Shown: positions 9,617-22,159 of the stretch, in pieces | Layout of the letters: the number at the start of each line of letters is the position of its first letter | Position numbering within the stretch: the first letter of the stretch is position 1 | NCBI GenBank assembly: GCA_965263355.1 | Contig: CBDHHL010000056.1 | Coordinates: forward strand, 480,001 to 544,000 | DNA length: 64,000 bases | Source of the DNA: Leptolyngbyaceae cyanobacterium | Lineage (GTDB): Bacteria; Cyanobacteriota; Cyanobacteriia; Phormidesmidales; Phormidesmidaceae | Direction of reading: 5' to 3' | Notes under the pieces: generated by a model | Told to the model about the DNA's origin: nothing | What the model saw: only the letters and a program-made list of their open reading frames with translations | The model's database searches: none | Program-made: the position numbers and the translations under genes

Positions 9617-12311
9617 TACTGTGGGGCATAGGTTTACTCACCCGTGTTTCCAGCGCTTCAACAATCAGGTCAAACCGATAGGCATAGACTAGTTCGTTTA
9701 GGGTGGCTCTTAAGGATGCATACTGGTCCGGTATTTGGGTAAGAATCTTTTCAACTTTCTTTGTATTCAATGATTGCGAGGCTTGAAGAAGCTGCCTCTG
9801 CCAATCTGTAGATTGATATTTGAGGTCTGCCAGTCCGTGGGACTGGTCAGTGGACGTTGCTGGAGTGGAAATTGCATCATGCTGTCCATCGTCTTCTATG
9901 AAGTTCACCTGCAAATGTTGGGCCATTTGCTCCCAAATTTCCGGGGGACTAAAAGGTTTCAAAACAAATCCATCAAATCCATCCTTTAAGGCTTGGTTGC
10001 GATCGTAATCAAACACATTTGCCGTTAACGCAATGATGATGGGCGGATTATCCATCGCTTTAAGCTGTTTCATCGCGGTTTTGCCATCCATAACAGGCAT
10101 TTGTAAATCCATCCAAATCAGATGGGGATGCCATTGTTGATGTTTCTCGATGGCGTCTTGTCCATTCACAGCTGCTTGAGTGTCAAAACCAACTGAAGCT
10201 AGAAGCGTTAGCAGCAACTGACGATTGTCCATATGATCGTCAACAATTAGAATTCGCCAGGAAGGTTGGTTGGGGGCTAACTGTACCACATTGGTGTATC
10301 GAGGCTCATTGGCTATGGGTGGTGGGGCATAGACCTGTTTAGCTTGTATGGTGCAGTAAAAGGTGCTGCCTTTGTTGAGCACACTATTAACGGTAATATC
10401 CCCACCAAGAAGCCTGGCAAACTTACGACTAATGGCCAGGCCCAGACCGGTTCCTTCCTGGCTTTGTCGCCCCGTTCGAGTTTGTACAAACGGGGTGAAA
10501 ATATCTTTCAAACCTGAAGTATCGATACCTAAACCAGTATCACTAATGGCAAACTGCAAATATAAGGCATCATCTGTTTCCGTATTTTCCAGTTGACATA
10601 CACTCAAGCTAACCATCCCTTTCGGCGTAAACTTAATCGCATTCCCCAGAAGATTAATCAGAATTTGTCGTAACTTAATCGTGTCGGTTTCAATAAAGTG
10701 TGGAAGTGCCGACCCATGGGTAACAGAAAGCTTAATCCCTTTAGTATCAGCTTTCAGCTGCATCATAGATTTCAACGTTTCTAACAGTACGGGGAGATCT
10801 AAGATTGATTGATGGACAATGGCCCGCCCAGCCTCAATTTTGGAGAGTTCTAAAACATCATTGATTAAGGTTAATAAATGTTCGCCGCTGCGGTTGATGC
10901 TGCTGACATGGTTTTGATTGGCCTCAGCTAGATTGCGTTCCCGTTGAAGTAACTGACTGAACCCCAAAATGGCATTTAAGGGTGTGCGTAGTTCATGGCT
11001 CATATTGGCCAGGAACTCTGTTTTGGCCTGGTTAGCGATTTCAGCTTTTTCTTTTGCGGTTGCCAGTTCTGCAGTTCTTTTCTCTACACGTTTTTCGAGG
11101 GTTTGTTGCACCAACTTGAGTTCGGCTTCATTGGCACGCAGTTCTCGTTCAATTTGTCGTTGCTGCCGATTAGAGCGGAGTAACAACAGGATCGTGACAG
11201 AGCCGGTAAAGAAGACGATTGAAATAATAATAAGTAAATTTCGGTTGTCTTCCATCCAGGAAGCCTCTTGATTAATTAAGCGACTGTCTGGGGGTAGATT
11301 ATCCAGGGATAAGCCCGCCCGTTTGAGCATCCTGGCATCAAAAATCCATAAATTTTTCGATTGGGTGACCGGGGGAATTTGCTCAACGGGTTTGCTATCC
11401 AGAATTTGTAGCGCTAACTCAACGGCTTGTTGGGCATGGTAATTCCCATCTAAGACTTTTCCTCCGACCACCCCTTCACCCACCATAAATGAACTGACGG
11501 CGTAAATAGGGTTAGGAATGGTTTTGGCAAGGAAATTTGACCCTTGATTAAAATCGACTAAGGGTCCATTAGCAGAGTCTTGACGAAGTTGTCCCAGCAT
11601 GAAAATGGGCCAATGCTCAGGATATTTGCCAATTTCTTCGGCGACCTTTTGCGGTATCAGATCGATTATATAGATAATGTCTTTAGGAGCCTGGGGGTGA
11701 GTTTGGAGTTGCCCCAGCCGCTTGCGATTCGCTTCACCGGATGCGGTCGAGTCACTAATAAGAATGATGCCATCACTGTTCGTTTGGCGAACGGCCTCCA
11801 GGAACGTTTCCTCAAAACTAAGCGTTTCAAAAACTCCCGTCATGCCAGAATTGTTCAGGAGCGACTCTCGGACATGATTGAGGCCAAAATAGACGAGGGG
11901 AACGTCAGTCAGAAATGTACGACGATACTCCAGGACTAAATCTAAACCTGGGTCGTCGCCCACCATCAATATATCAATGGGCGTCTCTTGATATTTCTGC
12001 TGTAAGTACTTTAGAAAGTCTTGTTTGTGCGGGACATTAGGATATCGCTTCAGGTCTAAGTATTCGTGAAAAATGTTAACATTGCGATCGCTGTTTTGAA
12101 ATCCTTGATCGATCCCCTCCTTTTCCTGTTGGGTCCAGGATAGCTCTGCATGATAGGAGTGAATGACGAGGACATTTTGATTGGCGAAAGCCGGGGCACT
12201 GACACCCGTCATCAACAGCCCAACCGATATCAAAATTTGGTGACCCCTGTGCCTTAAGGCTTTGTGGAGAATCAGCTGAATAATTTTGCTGAATTGACGA
12301 TTTTTCCCCAT
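9591..12311 (-). CDS. hybrid sensor histidine kinase with ABC-substrate-binding-like periplasmic domain
   Basis: VLVIHSYH periplasmic domain, [44 protein letters not shown] (ILIVDD...WMDLQMP). Confidence 0.93.
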   Translation of the reverse strand: MGKNRQFSKIIQLILHKALRHRGHQILISVGLLMTGVSAPAFANQNVLVIHSYHAELSWTQQEKEGIDQGFQNSDRNVNIFHEYLDLKRYPNVPHKQDFLKYLQQKYQETPIDILMVGDDPGLDLVLEYRRTFLTDVPLVYFGLNHVRESLLNNSGMTGVFETLSFEETFLEAVRQTNSDGIILISDSTASGEANRKRLGQLQTHPQAPKDIIYIIDLIPQKVAEEIGKYPEHWPIFMLGQLRQDSANGPLVDFNQGSNFLAKTIPNPIYAVSSFMVGEGVVGGKVLDGNYHAQQAVELALQILDSKPVEQIPPVTQSKNLWIFDARMLKRAGLSLDNLPPDSRLINQEASWMEDNRNLLIIISIVFFTGSVTILLLLRSNRQQRQIERELRANEAELKLVQQTLEKRVEKRTAELATAKEKAEIANQAKTEFLANMSHELRTPLNAILGFSQLLQRERNLAEANQNHVSSINRSGEHLLTLINDVLELSKIEAGRAIVHQSILDLPVLLETLKSMMQLKADTKGIKLSVTHGSALPHFIETDTIKLRQILINLLGNAIKFTPKGMVSLSVCQLENTETDDALYLQFAISDTGLGIDTSGLKDIFTPFVQTRTGRQSQEGTGLGLAISRKFARLLGGDITVNSVLNKGSTFYCTIQAKQVYAPPPIANEPRYTNVVQLAPNQPSWRILIVDDHMDNRQLLLTLLASVGFDTQAAVNGQDAIEKHQQWHPHLIWMDLQMPVMDGKTAMKQLKAMDNPPIIIALTANVFDYDRNQALKDGFDGFVLKPFSPPEIWEQMAQHLQVNFIEDDGQHDAISTPATSTDQSHGLADLKYQSTDWQRQLLQASQSLNTKKVEKILTQIPDQYASLRATLNELVYAYRFDLIVEALETRVSKPMPHSTSLTSLSG

Positions 12312-12466
12312 GGGTTATAGAATTCCAATCAGCGTCAGAGTGGTGCCCATAACATACCCTCCATGGCCAAGCAGTAAGCCCTTCATTCACCCCATTGGAG
12401 TATCGACGCATCTAGTCCTAAGCCAGTAGCCTATCTAAGGCTGTACTCCATAACTTATACCAGACC

Positions 12467-12547
12467 CTAAACGCGTCAATCCCAATTTTTAGCGTTGACA
12501 CAGTACTAGCTTCTTGCCACTAAAATTAAAACTTGACAGTCTACTAG
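12467..12547. mobile_element. short MITE-like element (family B)
   Basis: Ends cgtcaatcccaattttt ... aaaattaaaacttgacagtctactag resemble those of 58186-58294. Confidence 0.5.
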
Positions 12548-12594
12548 ACGTTTTCTAATAGTTTATAAGACTGTTTTTTGGTTTGAGAAAAGCT

Positions 12595-13263
12595 ATGCGG
12601 TATCGTGCGATCGCAACCGACTATGACGGCACCCTGGCCACCGATGGCCAAGTTGATGACACCACCCTGACAGCCCTCAAACGCTACCAGCAAGCAGGCG
12701 GTCAGCTACTGATGGTGACTGGTCGTGAATTGACAGACCTCCAGCGGGCCTTCCCAGATTTAACCATATTTGACGGTGTCGTTGTTGAAAACGGCGCTGT
12801 TTATTTTCAACCATCTAGCCAACGGCTCCAGCTCTTAGCCAAACCGTTCCCCACTGACTTTGTCTCCACTCTTGAGGCTCAGCAGGTAAGCCCTATTCAC
12901 ACCGGTCACATTATTGTTTCCACCTGGCAGCCCCATGGAGCAGTGGTCCAGCAAACCATCGAGGATATGGGCCTGGCTGCTCAGGTGATCATGAACAAGC
13001 GGGCTGTCATGGTGCTGCCAGCGGACGTCACTAAAGCCACCGGTCTTAACGTTGCCCTGACAGATCGTGGTCTTACCGCCGCCGAAGTTGCCGGTATCGG
13101 CGATGCTGAAAATGACTTTGACTTGCTTAAACACTGTGGTTTAGGCGTTGCCGTCGCCAACGCCCTACCCGCTGTCAAAGCGATGGCCGATCGGGTAACC
13201 ACCCAATCTCGTGGTGCCGGTGTGGCAGAACTCATCGATTGGATTCTAAACGATGACTTCTAG
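12595..13263 (+). CDS. HAD-superfamily hydrolase, subfamily IIB (Cof-like)
   Basis: ATDYDGTL, VTGR, ENGA, K, GDAEND motifs; ATG at 12595. Confidence 0.92.
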   Translation: MRYRAIATDYDGTLATDGQVDDTTLTALKRYQQAGGQLLMVTGRELTDLQRAFPDLTIFDGVVVENGAVYFQPSSQRLQLLAKPFPTDFVSTLEAQQVSPIHTGHIIVSTWQPHGAVVQQTIEDMGLAAQVIMNKRAVMVLPADVTKATGLNVALTDRGLTAAEVAGIGDAENDFDLLKHCGLGVAVANALPAVKAMADRVTTQSRGAGVAELIDWILNDDF

Positions 13264-13294
13264 GTTTATCCTTTAGACTGAGCGTAGTCGAAGT

Positions 13295-13729
13295 CTACGC
13301 ATTGGGATCTGCACTCCGATTCAACGAATAGCGATTAATATCCTCTCGCTTTACCCAACCACGCCTAGCCCAGTAGGCATTGGCCAAGCCATTGTCCACC
13401 TGCACATCGATATGGGTTTTAAAAATACCCAGGGTCTCAAGTTTGGATAGACAACAATCAACCAGGGCTGACGCAATGCCCTGGTTACGATAGCTTGGCA
13501 AAACAACAACATGCTGCAAATAGCCCCGTCTACCATCGTGGCCACCCATAGCACAGGCAATCACGATATCCCCATCAAGGGCGACAAAACTTAACCCTGG
13601 ATTACGCTCAAGATAACGAGCTGTTGCCTGCCTAGAATCTGCCGAACGAAACGTTACCCCAGGTGTTTTTCGCATCAATTCTGCCACAGCATCATAATGA
13701 CCGATGGTCATCTCAGCAATGTCTACCAC
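13295..13729 (-). CDS. GNAT acetyltransferase (YpeA-like)
   Basis: GHDGRRGYLQHVVV..YRNQGIA acetyl-CoA motif. Confidence 0.9.
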   Translation of the reverse strand: MVDIAEMTIGHYDAVAELMRKTPGVTFRSADSRQATARYLERNPGLSFVALDGDIVIACAMGGHDGRRGYLQHVVVLPSYRNQGIASALVDCCLSKLETLGIFKTHIDVQVDNGLANAYWARRGWVKREDINRYSLNRSADPNA

Positions 13730-13781
13730 GCTTATAAGTCACCCAACAACAACTTTATAGTTACATGGGTTGCGCCTTAGT

Positions 13782-15119
13782 CTAAACCTCATTTTGAGAA
13801 GACTTATATTCACCAAAGCCCCAGTAGGCCTTGCTACCATGCTCACTTACATCCAGCCCCAGGAGTTCTTGTTGGGCAGAGACCCGAATGCCCACTAGTA
13901 CTTTGAGCATCAGCCAAAAGAAACCGCTAAGTATGACCGTAAACCCGCCGATCACCATCACCCCAAACAATTGAATCATTAGCTGGTTAAAGCCAGAGAC
14001 GGTAGAAAATATACCAACGGCTAAGGTTCCCCAGATGCCACAGACCAAATGTACCGCAAGGGCACCGACGGGATCATCAATCTGAAGCTGATCAAAAAAC
14101 ATAACTGCTGCCACAATGAGTATGCCTGCGATCGCACCAATCATAACCGCATTGCTGTAGCTCACTGCGTTACAGCCCGCCGTAATAGCCACCAATCCCC
14201 CCAACAATCCATTAATACCAATAGACAAATCGGGTTTACCAAATATTAACTGCGACAACAGCAGCGCACTCACCAACCCAGACGCTGCCGAGAGATTAGT
14301 CGTCACCGCAATGTAAACAACATCGGTGTTAGCTGCCAGGGTAGATCCAGCATTAAATCCAAACCAACCAATCCACAAAATCATACAGCCGACCATAGCC
14401 AGACTAAGATAGTGCCCTGGCATCGGTATGGGAATACCATTCTCCTGATATCGCTGCAACCGAGGCCCCAGGAAAATGCCCCCCAACAACCCGGCCCACC
14501 CCCCCACCGAATGCACTACGGTCGAACCAGCAAAATCAATAAACCCTAAAGAGCTAAGCCAGCCATCGGTACCCCAAACCCAGTGCCCCGTAATCGGGTA
14601 AGCAATCCCCGTAAGCAGTATGCTAAACAGCACAAACGCCCTAAACCGAATTCGCTCTGCCACAGTGCCAGAAACGATGGTAGCCGCTGTGCCAGCAAAT
14701 GCCGTTTGAAATAAAAAGAACGTGGGAAGCTCCAAGGTACTGTTACCTAGGCCATAACTCTCAGGCGTTCCAGCTAAAAACCAGTCGCTGCTACCAATTA
14801 AAGGACTGCCCTGCCCAAACATCCAGGCAAACCCCGTTGCCCAAAAGGCCAGACTAGCTAACGCAAAAACAATCAGATTCTTGGAAAGGATGTTGACCGC
14901 ATTTTTACGACGACAAAAGCCAGTTTCAATCATGGCAAACCCGGCATTCATAAAAATGACCAAAATGGCTGCAATCAGCACCCAGATATTATCTAATGTC
15001 GCTTGTATCTGAGCAGCATCCTGAGTTTGGGCCAGCCCAGGTAGAAATAAACAGAGCCAAGCGGCAAAGGTAGCGGTAGAAACTAGGCTTAACCTGGAGC
15101 AATGCGTCAGAAATTTCAT
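13782..15119 (-). CDS. amt: ammonium transporter (Amt family), copy 2
   Basis: [39 protein letters not shown] and canonical tail RVS...GLDVSEHG. Confidence 0.95.
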   Translation of the reverse strand: MKFLTHCSRLSLVSTATFAAWLCLFLPGLAQTQDAAQIQATLDNIWVLIAAILVIFMNAGFAMIETGFCRRKNAVNILSKNLIVFALASLAFWATGFAWMFGQGSPLIGSSDWFLAGTPESYGLGNSTLELPTFFLFQTAFAGTAATIVSGTVAERIRFRAFVLFSILLTGIAYPITGHWVWGTDGWLSSLGFIDFAGSTVVHSVGGWAGLLGGIFLGPRLQRYQENGIPIPMPGHYLSLAMVGCMILWIGWFGFNAGSTLAANTDVVYIAVTTNLSAASGLVSALLLSQLIFGKPDLSIGINGLLGGLVAITAGCNAVSYSNAVMIGAIAGILIVAAVMFFDQLQIDDPVGALAVHLVCGIWGTLAVGIFSTVSGFNQLMIQLFGVMVIGGFTVILSGFFWLMLKVLVGIRVSAQQELLGLDVSEHGSKAYWGFGEYKSSQNEV

Positions 15120-15260
15120 AGGTGATCATTGAACCTAAATCACAAAGTTAGAACGGTGGATTTTCTGATAAAAAAACTACCGTTCTAGCTCTGGATCGGG
15201 TCTAGTCAGGAATAACGCTTCTGCAATACCTAGTATTTCCTAAGTACCCCTAAAAATTAT

Positions 15261-15274
15261 GTAACAATGAACAC
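15261..15274 (-). promoter_or_regulatory. candidate NtcA site upstream of amt copy 2
   Basis: GTG-TTCATTGT-TAC on the - strand (variant of GTA-N8-TAC), about 140 nt upstream of the start; only a weak -10 at the expected spacing. Confidence 0.35.
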
Positions 15275-16244
15275 CCTTACACTGATATACTGTCACGCTA
15301 TATCAAGCACCCCACAGACCTAACGCTAAGTGCTTGCCCGCTCCTCTGAATAGTACATAGGAGCTATGTCATTAGATAACGGGGTTAAATGATAGGGCTA
15401 ACTCTCATCTAAGTTTTTAGGGATGAAGGGGCTAAGACATCAACACAACAACTTACACTTTCTTCTAAGCTGTTGCGATGTTAAGCTCCATTTGACTTAA
15501 TGTTATTGCTGGTTGTAACAATCTATTGTCTATCTGCAGAAATGCTCACGTCGGCGTCAAAAACAGCCCCTATCTGCGAGACTCTCAAAAGATACGAGTA
15601 GGGTGTCCTTTTGTATTTGGTCCATCTGTTTGAGAACAACGTCCTTTGAAAGTTACTTGAAGGTACTTATACCATGTCTAGCATTTTCGCTTCGCATCAG
15701 TCTACAGTTGGTATTGAGACAGTAGTGAATAACCATGATACTAGGGTGCGATCTTATTTGGCCTAGCTGATGCAAGCTGCCCACCAACACAGGGCTATCC
15801 AGCATCCATATTTATCCATATTTAAAGGCATTGGCCAACCGAAGGCACTGGTTCCGTGCAATGAGGAAAAAGGGCTAAAATGCCTGCTGAGCAAAGGTTT
15901 TAGCGATCTATCCCTAAAATAGCTGTATCCCTTGTATTGCAAGCGCTCTAACTGAATTATCCCATCAGGCAGAACCAGTACCCACTCAAAAAGACATCTC
16001 AAGCTAAAACGCACCGCTCATATCTCAGCAAATGGCTGCTTTAGATGCATTAGATGCCGCCCTAAACATCCTGACCACGTTCATACGTTTCGCATCTCCT
16101 AGGGAGATTAACTTTGGGTCAATAATCGCTGCCTGGCCCACGATCGCAGGGCTTATACAGAAAATGTAAACCGACCTCGACGCATGAGCAGAATGTGGGT
16201 GCAGCACCGTTAAAAAATCCTGTGAGCAAAAAGCAATCGTTTGC

Positions 16245-16487
16245 TTATATCGCTTCGGAATAATGTACCATCCGCTTTTCTGGAGCTGGGCGACGGACAA
16301 CCGATACAAGTAAAACCTCGCGTCCTTGACGCTCTATATCGTTGACATAGCGCAGTTGTTCTTCAAGTGCTTCGCTTTCTGACTCAAAAGGACCAAAGAA
16401 ATAGCCGCAGCTCGGAGATGCGGCCATTATTTCCAGCCACCAGGACTGATTAAGCAGGCTAAAGACCTGATTTATAAGGTTTTCCAT
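16245..16487 (-). CDS. DUF1816 family protein
   Basis: WWLEI..SPSCGYFFGPFES..EA motif. Confidence 0.85.
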   Translation of the reverse strand: MENLINQVFSLLNQSWWLEIMAASPSCGYFFGPFESESEALEEQLRYVNDIERQGREVLLVSVVRRPAPEKRMVHYSEAI

Positions 16488-16686
16488 AGTTTAGGTGGGG
16501 CGGTGAATAAACGTAGATGCGTGTTCTTTTAGAACACATAAGTTTTCTTATACTGTGCTGACTGTTTTACACCTGTCGGCCTTGATACTTTTTGACTACT
16601 AAACGCATCAAAAAAGTCACAAAAAAATAATTCTAAGTGAACGGATGATGATTATAGTACATAGAGCAGCATCCTATGGGTGTTAT

Positions 16687-17127
16687 TTAGCTTACTTCCT
16701 GCACAAATTCGACAATATTGCCATCCGGGTCCGCAACCATGGCAATTCTGATCCCGTTGCTAAACTGGGTGACTGGTTGTATGATTGCGATCGCATTCTG
16801 CCGTATTCGTGTCATAACCGCATCAAGATCGGGCATTAGTAAGGTAATATATCGATAGCCCAGTGTTGTCGCAATTCCTGTCGATTTTTGAGCGCATGGC
16901 CCCTGATCTAGTTCTACTAGCTTAATCAATGATTCACCGTGCTTAAGCTGTACCATCCGTCCCTTGCCAATCAGCGAAGTTGTCACTTGTGCTACAACTG
17001 GCAAATGCAATAGGTCTCGATAGAAACCAAGAGAACGCTCCATATTGGCCACAACAATGCCAATATCAATGGCAATACGGGTAGATGCTTGCATTGAACT
17101 AATTGTATTCCTCCCAACCTTCGACAT
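16687..17127 (-). CDS. VOC/glyoxalase family protein
   Basis: IGIVVANMERSLGFYRDLL ... ADPDGNIVEF. Confidence 0.9.
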   Translation of the reverse strand: MSKVGRNTISSMQASTRIAIDIGIVVANMERSLGFYRDLLHLPVVAQVTTSLIGKGRMVQLKHGESLIKLVELDQGPCAQKSTGIATTLGYRYITLLMPDLDAVMTRIRQNAIAIIQPVTQFSNGIRIAMVADPDGNIVEFVQEVS

Positions 17128-17157
17128 GGTCAGGGCCAGAGTTGTTCCTCATAATTA

Positions 17158-17769
17158 TCAGGCATTCTCTCTTGTCATGGTTATATAACCAGGAAGCGCC
17201 TCAAAATCTTTAAACCATCGCTGAATATTGGTATAAGCTGATAAGTCGAATCCACCTTCATCAGCGACATGAGTATAAGCATACAAACTAATATCTGCAA
17301 TTGTTACCTGAGCCCCTAAAAAGAATTGATTCTCAGCTAAATGGTTTTCCATAACGGTAAGTGCCCTATGACCACCAGGCTGCTTAGCATGATATTCAGC
17401 TTCTCGTTCCTTAGGCAACCCTAAATACTTATTAATGTATCTTGCTGTGGCAATGTATGGTTCATGGCTATATTGTTCAAAAAACTGCCACTGCAATACT
17501 TTAGCCCTTGCATAGTTACCCTCAGGAAGCCATGGGGTATCTACAGCTAAATAGTTCAAAATTGCATTGGATTCCCAGAGATATTGACCCCCATCGAATT
17601 GAATAACCGGAATTCTTGCGTTGGGGTTCATCCGTTTAAATTCTTCCGTATGGGTCTCACTGACAAGAATGTCAACAGATATCCATTCATGCTTGATGTC
17701 AAGAAATTGCATTAACAATTTAACCTTGTAGCAATTCCCCGACAGCATATCCCCAAAGACCTTATACAT
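17158..17769 (-). CDS. glutathione S-transferase family protein
   Basis: SGNCYKV, NPNARIPV, WESNAIL, TIADISLYAY; probable start at ATG 17769. Confidence 0.92.
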   Translation of the reverse strand: MYKVFGDMLSGNCYKVKLLMQFLDIKHEWISVDILVSETHTEEFKRMNPNARIPVIQFDGGQYLWESNAILNYLAVDTPWLPEGNYARAKVLQWQFFEQYSHEPYIATARYINKYLGLPKEREAEYHAKQPGGHRALTVMENHLAENQFFLGAQVTIADISLYAYTHVADEGGFDLSAYTNIQRWFKDFEALPGYITMTRENA

Positions 17770-18798
17770 GGCATCTCCTGATTTGACGATGAACCTGTTA
17801 AAACAGGTGAGCCTTCTCACAGTAATAGGCTATTAAAACAGTATCAAAGCATGGCATGCATCATTTTTATACAAACTATCAATAGTTGAATCGTCAAGAA
17901 AAAAATGAGTAGGATTTAAGTTATTAGCGAAGCAACTTAACCTCAAACGTAAAATTTGGGTCAGCGTAGTGGACACATAAGCCCATGGCATTGATCCGGC
18001 ATAGTGCTCAATCGGTCCTTGTTACAGTACTTAAGTTGCGGGTTAAATCCAAGGGTAAATCCTGGTTTGACCCCGCAATAATCCATCACGGGCATTTACT
18101 AACGACCTTTCCGTTCCCAGTAGACTTTAGCGGGGCGCGTTTCGATTACTACCGTTAGCAGTCGAAACCCACCCTGCCCAGCCAAACGTTTTCGCACTGA
18201 ATTCAGATTTGCTATACCCATAAATCATCCAAGGTTTTCCCACAATCTTTACTACCTATGGGATCACCGCATCCCCTCCTGGGAAGAACAAACGAAAAGT
18301 CTAGAGGATGTTTCAGTGGTGGACATAAAGCATTCCTGTGGGCATGACTCGATAAATATAGTTACAAATCCCTCTTTGTCCTCTCTCTTACCATTCTCAC
18401 TCGGCATACAGGTCCGCAAAAATTCTTGAATGCTCAGTCTAGAATGTTCGCTCTGCGAAAGAATGTTAAATGAAAATTGGTAGAATGTGATTGCCTAATT
18501 ATTCTTTTAAATTTGTCGTATGCCCTGCAATATTGTCCCTTTGTAGTAGTTAACCCTCTGACTTTTTAAGAAATCTAAGGCATCTTCTCCAGATTGTTTA
18601 TAGTGTATGCGCACATCCAGTATAAATATTCTAAACAGGCACATCATAATTGGTTACTAGGGATCTGAGCTTGAGTAGTAGCTGATATCGCTAAGCCTAA
18701 CTATATAAACTCTGCATAAAGTTTCTATCCTTCGCCCGTAACCCTCTCTGGGTAGGCTGTGTCAAACCACACAGTCTGCGTTATTCCTTGCATCGCCC

Positions 18799-21504
18799 AT
18801 GAAAACAGCACTCCACTGGCTGTCCCACGCCATCTTTTGGACCTGGAACATCGCCTTTATCGGTTTTATATACTTTTGGCTGTTGCCCACAGCAGCGTTA
18901 GATATCCTAGAAGCCGCTCGCATGGGTGAAATTCCCCCTGCCTTTGTCGCCAGTATCCTCGGTTTGTTGATTGTGCCGTTGATTTGTACCGTGGTCGGTG
19001 GCAAATGGCTACGGAAACACCCGATCTTACTGATGCGGTTGTTTTACGGTGTGGAAGCCCCCCTCTTTGGTTTGTGTCTATTACGCTTGTTCCTGATTCG
19101 CGAAACCACCCCTGCCAGTGCCCATATCCTGCTCACGGTGCTAGCGGCCATTGCCATGTTCGCCATCGAAACCCTGGCAGGCTATGCCGCCTATCGACCG
19201 CGACTGGCCTGGGCTCAAATGGTTGGCCATAGCCTAATTTTAATTACCGGGCTCTATGCAGGCACACTGCTACTGCTCTACACGGTGCCCGCTCTCTGTG
19301 TGATAATCTATGACACCATTACCGGTTTATTTAGTATCAACTGGGTGTGGATGTTAGACGACTTAGGTTGGCTGTTGTTGCATCCTGGAGAATTTGTTCT
19401 CGCTATTTTAGTTTTCACCCTGGTCAGCCTGAGTACCGTAGTGTTTGTTTCGATGCCCTACGTCATGGTCAACTTTTACCTGCGTTCCTGGCATCGCATC
19501 CGCACGGCTTTTGCTAAACAACATGGCCATAGCTGGGCAACAACTGGAGCCGTAGTGGGCATCAGCTGCTTACTATTTGGACTATTGCAACTACATCAGC
19601 CCCAGGTCAAGGCCTTTAGCCTGCTAGAGGGGGCTTCACCGCAAACGCCAGGGGCTCGTCTTACCCTGGTAAACCAGTCCGAGACCATTCGTAAGGGGCT
19701 GCTGCACGGCTATCTCTATCGCTACCGTTACTTGGGCACTGCCGCAGAAAGCAATCAGCTGAGGCATATGTATACCGGGGTTTTTGACATGTCAAAGGAC
19801 GATGCCCAGGTATTTCAAAACTTTCATAATGCGCTATTGTCGCCATTTCTTTATAAGGGCGATCGCAACGATGACAATAAAGCAGCAGACCTCTACGCCA
19901 ACTTTTTTGACACACCCATCCAAAAAGCAGAACGCACCACCGTTCGTCATGCCCTGCAAGCCACGGCCAATCGCGATGAAACCGAAGCTGGTGTGCTCAA
20001 TTTAAACCAAAAGGTGATTCGCTTGGCCGAGCAAACTGTTGCTGTCAAAGAAAATGGCGACTGGGCTGAGGTAGAAATCTATGAACATTACGAAAACAAA
20101 ACAGCCGACGACCAAGAGATTTTCTACAGTTTCTCACTGCCAGAAAGTGCAGCTATCACAGGTGTCTGGCTTGCCGATGCCAAAGATGCCTCCCGCTTTC
20201 CCTTTGTCGTCTCTCCCCGTGGGGCAGCACAGCAGGTCTACAAAGGTGAGATTGAACGGGCACAAACCCGCAGGGCAGAAGACCCAGCATTACTAGAACA
20301 GGTGGGGCCTCGTCAGTATCGTCTACGGGTCTTTCCCATTCCTGCAGCAGAGTCTTCTAAAGAACCGGGGGAACTGCACCTGTGGATGACCTATCAAGTG
20401 TTACAACAGGACGGTGCCTGGCCACTACCTCAGCTGACTGAAAAACGAAACATTTTTTGGAACGATAAAACAGTCCATCAGCGTCGTGGTCAGTCGGTTT
20501 TAGTGTCTGAAGAAACCTGGTTTGAGCCTACAATTCAGGCTAAGAAGACAGTTAAGGCCACTGCCCATCAAATTCAGCTGGATGAGGGCTATCAAGTGAC
20601 CGCTACTCCAGTTGCTAAAACTGTTGTTCCCAAGGGTAAACGGATCGCGGCTATTTTGGATACGTCCTACAGTATGACCGATAGTGGCCACTTTAAGGCG
20701 TTAGCGCAGCTCGACAAAATAAATGGCCAGAATGAGCTGGACTTTTATCGGACTACGGCCACTGGTGAAACCTTAACGCCTAGCGACGATATTGATAGCT
20801 TTGACCTGCTTGTTCCCTATGGTAGTCTGCAACCGGCAGAGATGCTACAGCAGTTCGCGCAGCAGCGTCTGCCTAAAGAGTATGATGCGATTTTGCTGCT
20901 GACTGATGCGGGTAGCTATGAGCTAACGGAGGAGGATCTGGAACTGCCTGAGCTGTCTGCCCCTCTATGGTTGGTGCATATGGGCAATCAGCTACCGGCG
21001 GCCTATGATGACAAACTGCTAGAAGCTATGCAAAAAAGCAGTGGTGGTGTAGCGACGGATGTGACGGCGGTACTACAGCGGTTAGATAAAAACGTAATCG
21101 ATGGGTATGAATGGTCAGTCGTTGAGCAGGATGGCCCAGGGCAGACAGATAAGTTTATGCCCATTGCTGCCCGCCAGATGATTTTACAGCGCAGTCGTAC
21201 GGTAGATATGACACAGCTGGAGAATTTGGATGGGGTACATGCGGTGGCCAAACGGGCTGAAATTGTAACGCCGTATTCGTCGATGTTGGTTTTGGTCAAT
21301 GAGCGACAGCGGCAGTTGCTGCGTCAGGCGGAAGCGGCAGCGGACCGGTTTGACCGCGAGGTGGAGGATGGTGAGGATGAGCTAACGGATCCAAATAATC
21401 CGCTCAATGCGGTGGCGGTACCTGAGCCAGGATTTATGGTCGGCCTGGGGGCGATGGCGGTTAGCCTGTTGGTAGTGAAGCGGAAACGGTCGGCTGATAG
21501 ATAG
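18799..21504 (+). CDS. PEP-CTERM integral membrane protein (TIGR02921-like) with VIT-like domain
   Basis: Multi-TM N-terminus, EIFYSFSLPESAAITG VIT-like region, VTPYSSMLVL and a C-terminal VPEP-TM-basic tail. Confidence 0.88.
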   Translation: MKTALHWLSHAIFWTWNIAFIGFIYFWLLPTAALDILEAARMGEIPPAFVASILGLLIVPLICTVVGGKWLRKHPILLMRLFYGVEAPLFGLCLLRLFLIRETTPASAHILLTVLAAIAMFAIETLAGYAAYRPRLAWAQMVGHSLILITGLYAGTLLLLYTVPALCVIIYDTITGLFSINWVWMLDDLGWLLLHPGEFVLAILVFTLVSLSTVVFVSMPYVMVNFYLRSWHRIRTAFAKQHGHSWATTGAVVGISCLLFGLLQLHQPQVKAFSLLEGASPQTPGARLTLVNQSETIRKGLLHGYLYRYRYLGTAAESNQLRHMYTGVFDMSKDDAQVFQNFHNALLSPFLYKGDRNDDNKAADLYANFFDTPIQKAERTTVRHALQATANRDETEAGVLNLNQKVIRLAEQTVAVKENGDWAEVEIYEHYENKTADDQEIFYSFSLPESAAITGVWLADAKDASRFPFVVSPRGAAQQVYKGEIERAQTRRAEDPALLEQVGPRQYRLRVFPIPAAESSKEPGELHLWMTYQVLQQDGAWPLPQLTEKRNIFWNDKTVHQRRGQSVLVSEETWFEPTIQAKKTVKATAHQIQLDEGYQVTATPVAKTVVPKGKRIAAILDTSYSMTDSGHFKALAQLDKINGQNELDFYRTTATGETLTPSDDIDSFDLLVPYGSLQPAEMLQQFAQQRLPKEYDAILLLTDAGSYELTEEDLELPELSAPLWLVHMGNQLPAAYDDKLLEAMQKSSGGVATDVTAVLQRLDKNVIDGYEWSVVEQDGPGQTDKFMPIAARQMILQRSRTVDMTQLENLDGVHAVAKRAEIVTPYSSMLVLVNERQRQLLRQAEAAADRFDREVEDGEDELTDPNNPLNAVAVPEPGFMVGLGAMAVSLLVVKRKRSADR

Positions 21505-21889
21505 CTGAAACTCACAGCTTGCATCAAGATCAGTGATGGAGCTAAATTCTGCACCAGGTTGAAAACTCGGCGCTAATTGAAATAACTGTCAAAGTGACCC
21601 AAGATTGCTCAGGCCCCCAACCCCCAAATCTGGGGACTTTGAGTCTTATTTGACCAATTTTTTTGAAGTGCCAGTATACCTAATTTTGAGAAGGCTTCAA
21701 TCCTTTCGTTCAAAGGGACTTCGATAGCTGATGGTCAATTGGGACTCTCTACTGAGTTCAAAGGAACGTTTTTATAGTTTGGGCACGTCTTAATCCTGAA
21801 AGGTATTGTAAAAAGTGCGTGAAATAACGTTTGTTTACTCATGCTATTACAGAGCCAATGTACATCTGCCCATATAGTGACGTTTTCCT

Positions 21890-22147
21890 ATGAGTAGCTT
21901 TCCTCTAAAGTCGGGTCTAAAGTCCGCAGCCATTGCTGATGCTGTTGTTAAGCGGCTTAATCAGTTGCCTTTGCAAAGCCAGCAGCAGGTCCTGGATTTT
22001 GTGGAGTTTTTGCTGCATCGTCATAAGCTAGATGAGGCGGTTGAGCCGTTTAATGATGGTATTGAGGAAGATTTGACACTGTGGGAGGCGTCTAAGGATG
22101 AGGATTGGCTAGCGTTAGAGGCACAGCTGGCGGCGACAAAAGAATAG
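21890..22147 (+). CDS. DUF2281-like antitoxin (cognate toxin absent)
   Basis: LPLQSQQQVLDFVEFL motif and acidic tail. Confidence 0.75.
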   Translation: MSSFPLKSGLKSAAIADAVVKRLNQLPLQSQQQVLDFVEFLLHRHKLDEAVEPFNDGIEEDLTLWEASKDEDWLALEAQLAATKE

Positions 22148-22159
22148 CTGAATTTTGGG

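Noticed and set aside
15763..16309. Short - strand ORFs (83 and 94 aa)
   Set aside because: No motifs, non-ATG start or overlap with DUF1816; cannot be supported.
18130..18185. tmRNA 5' end or riboswitch
   Set aside because: Only GGTTTCGAC on the - strand is shared; the rest of the consensus is absent.
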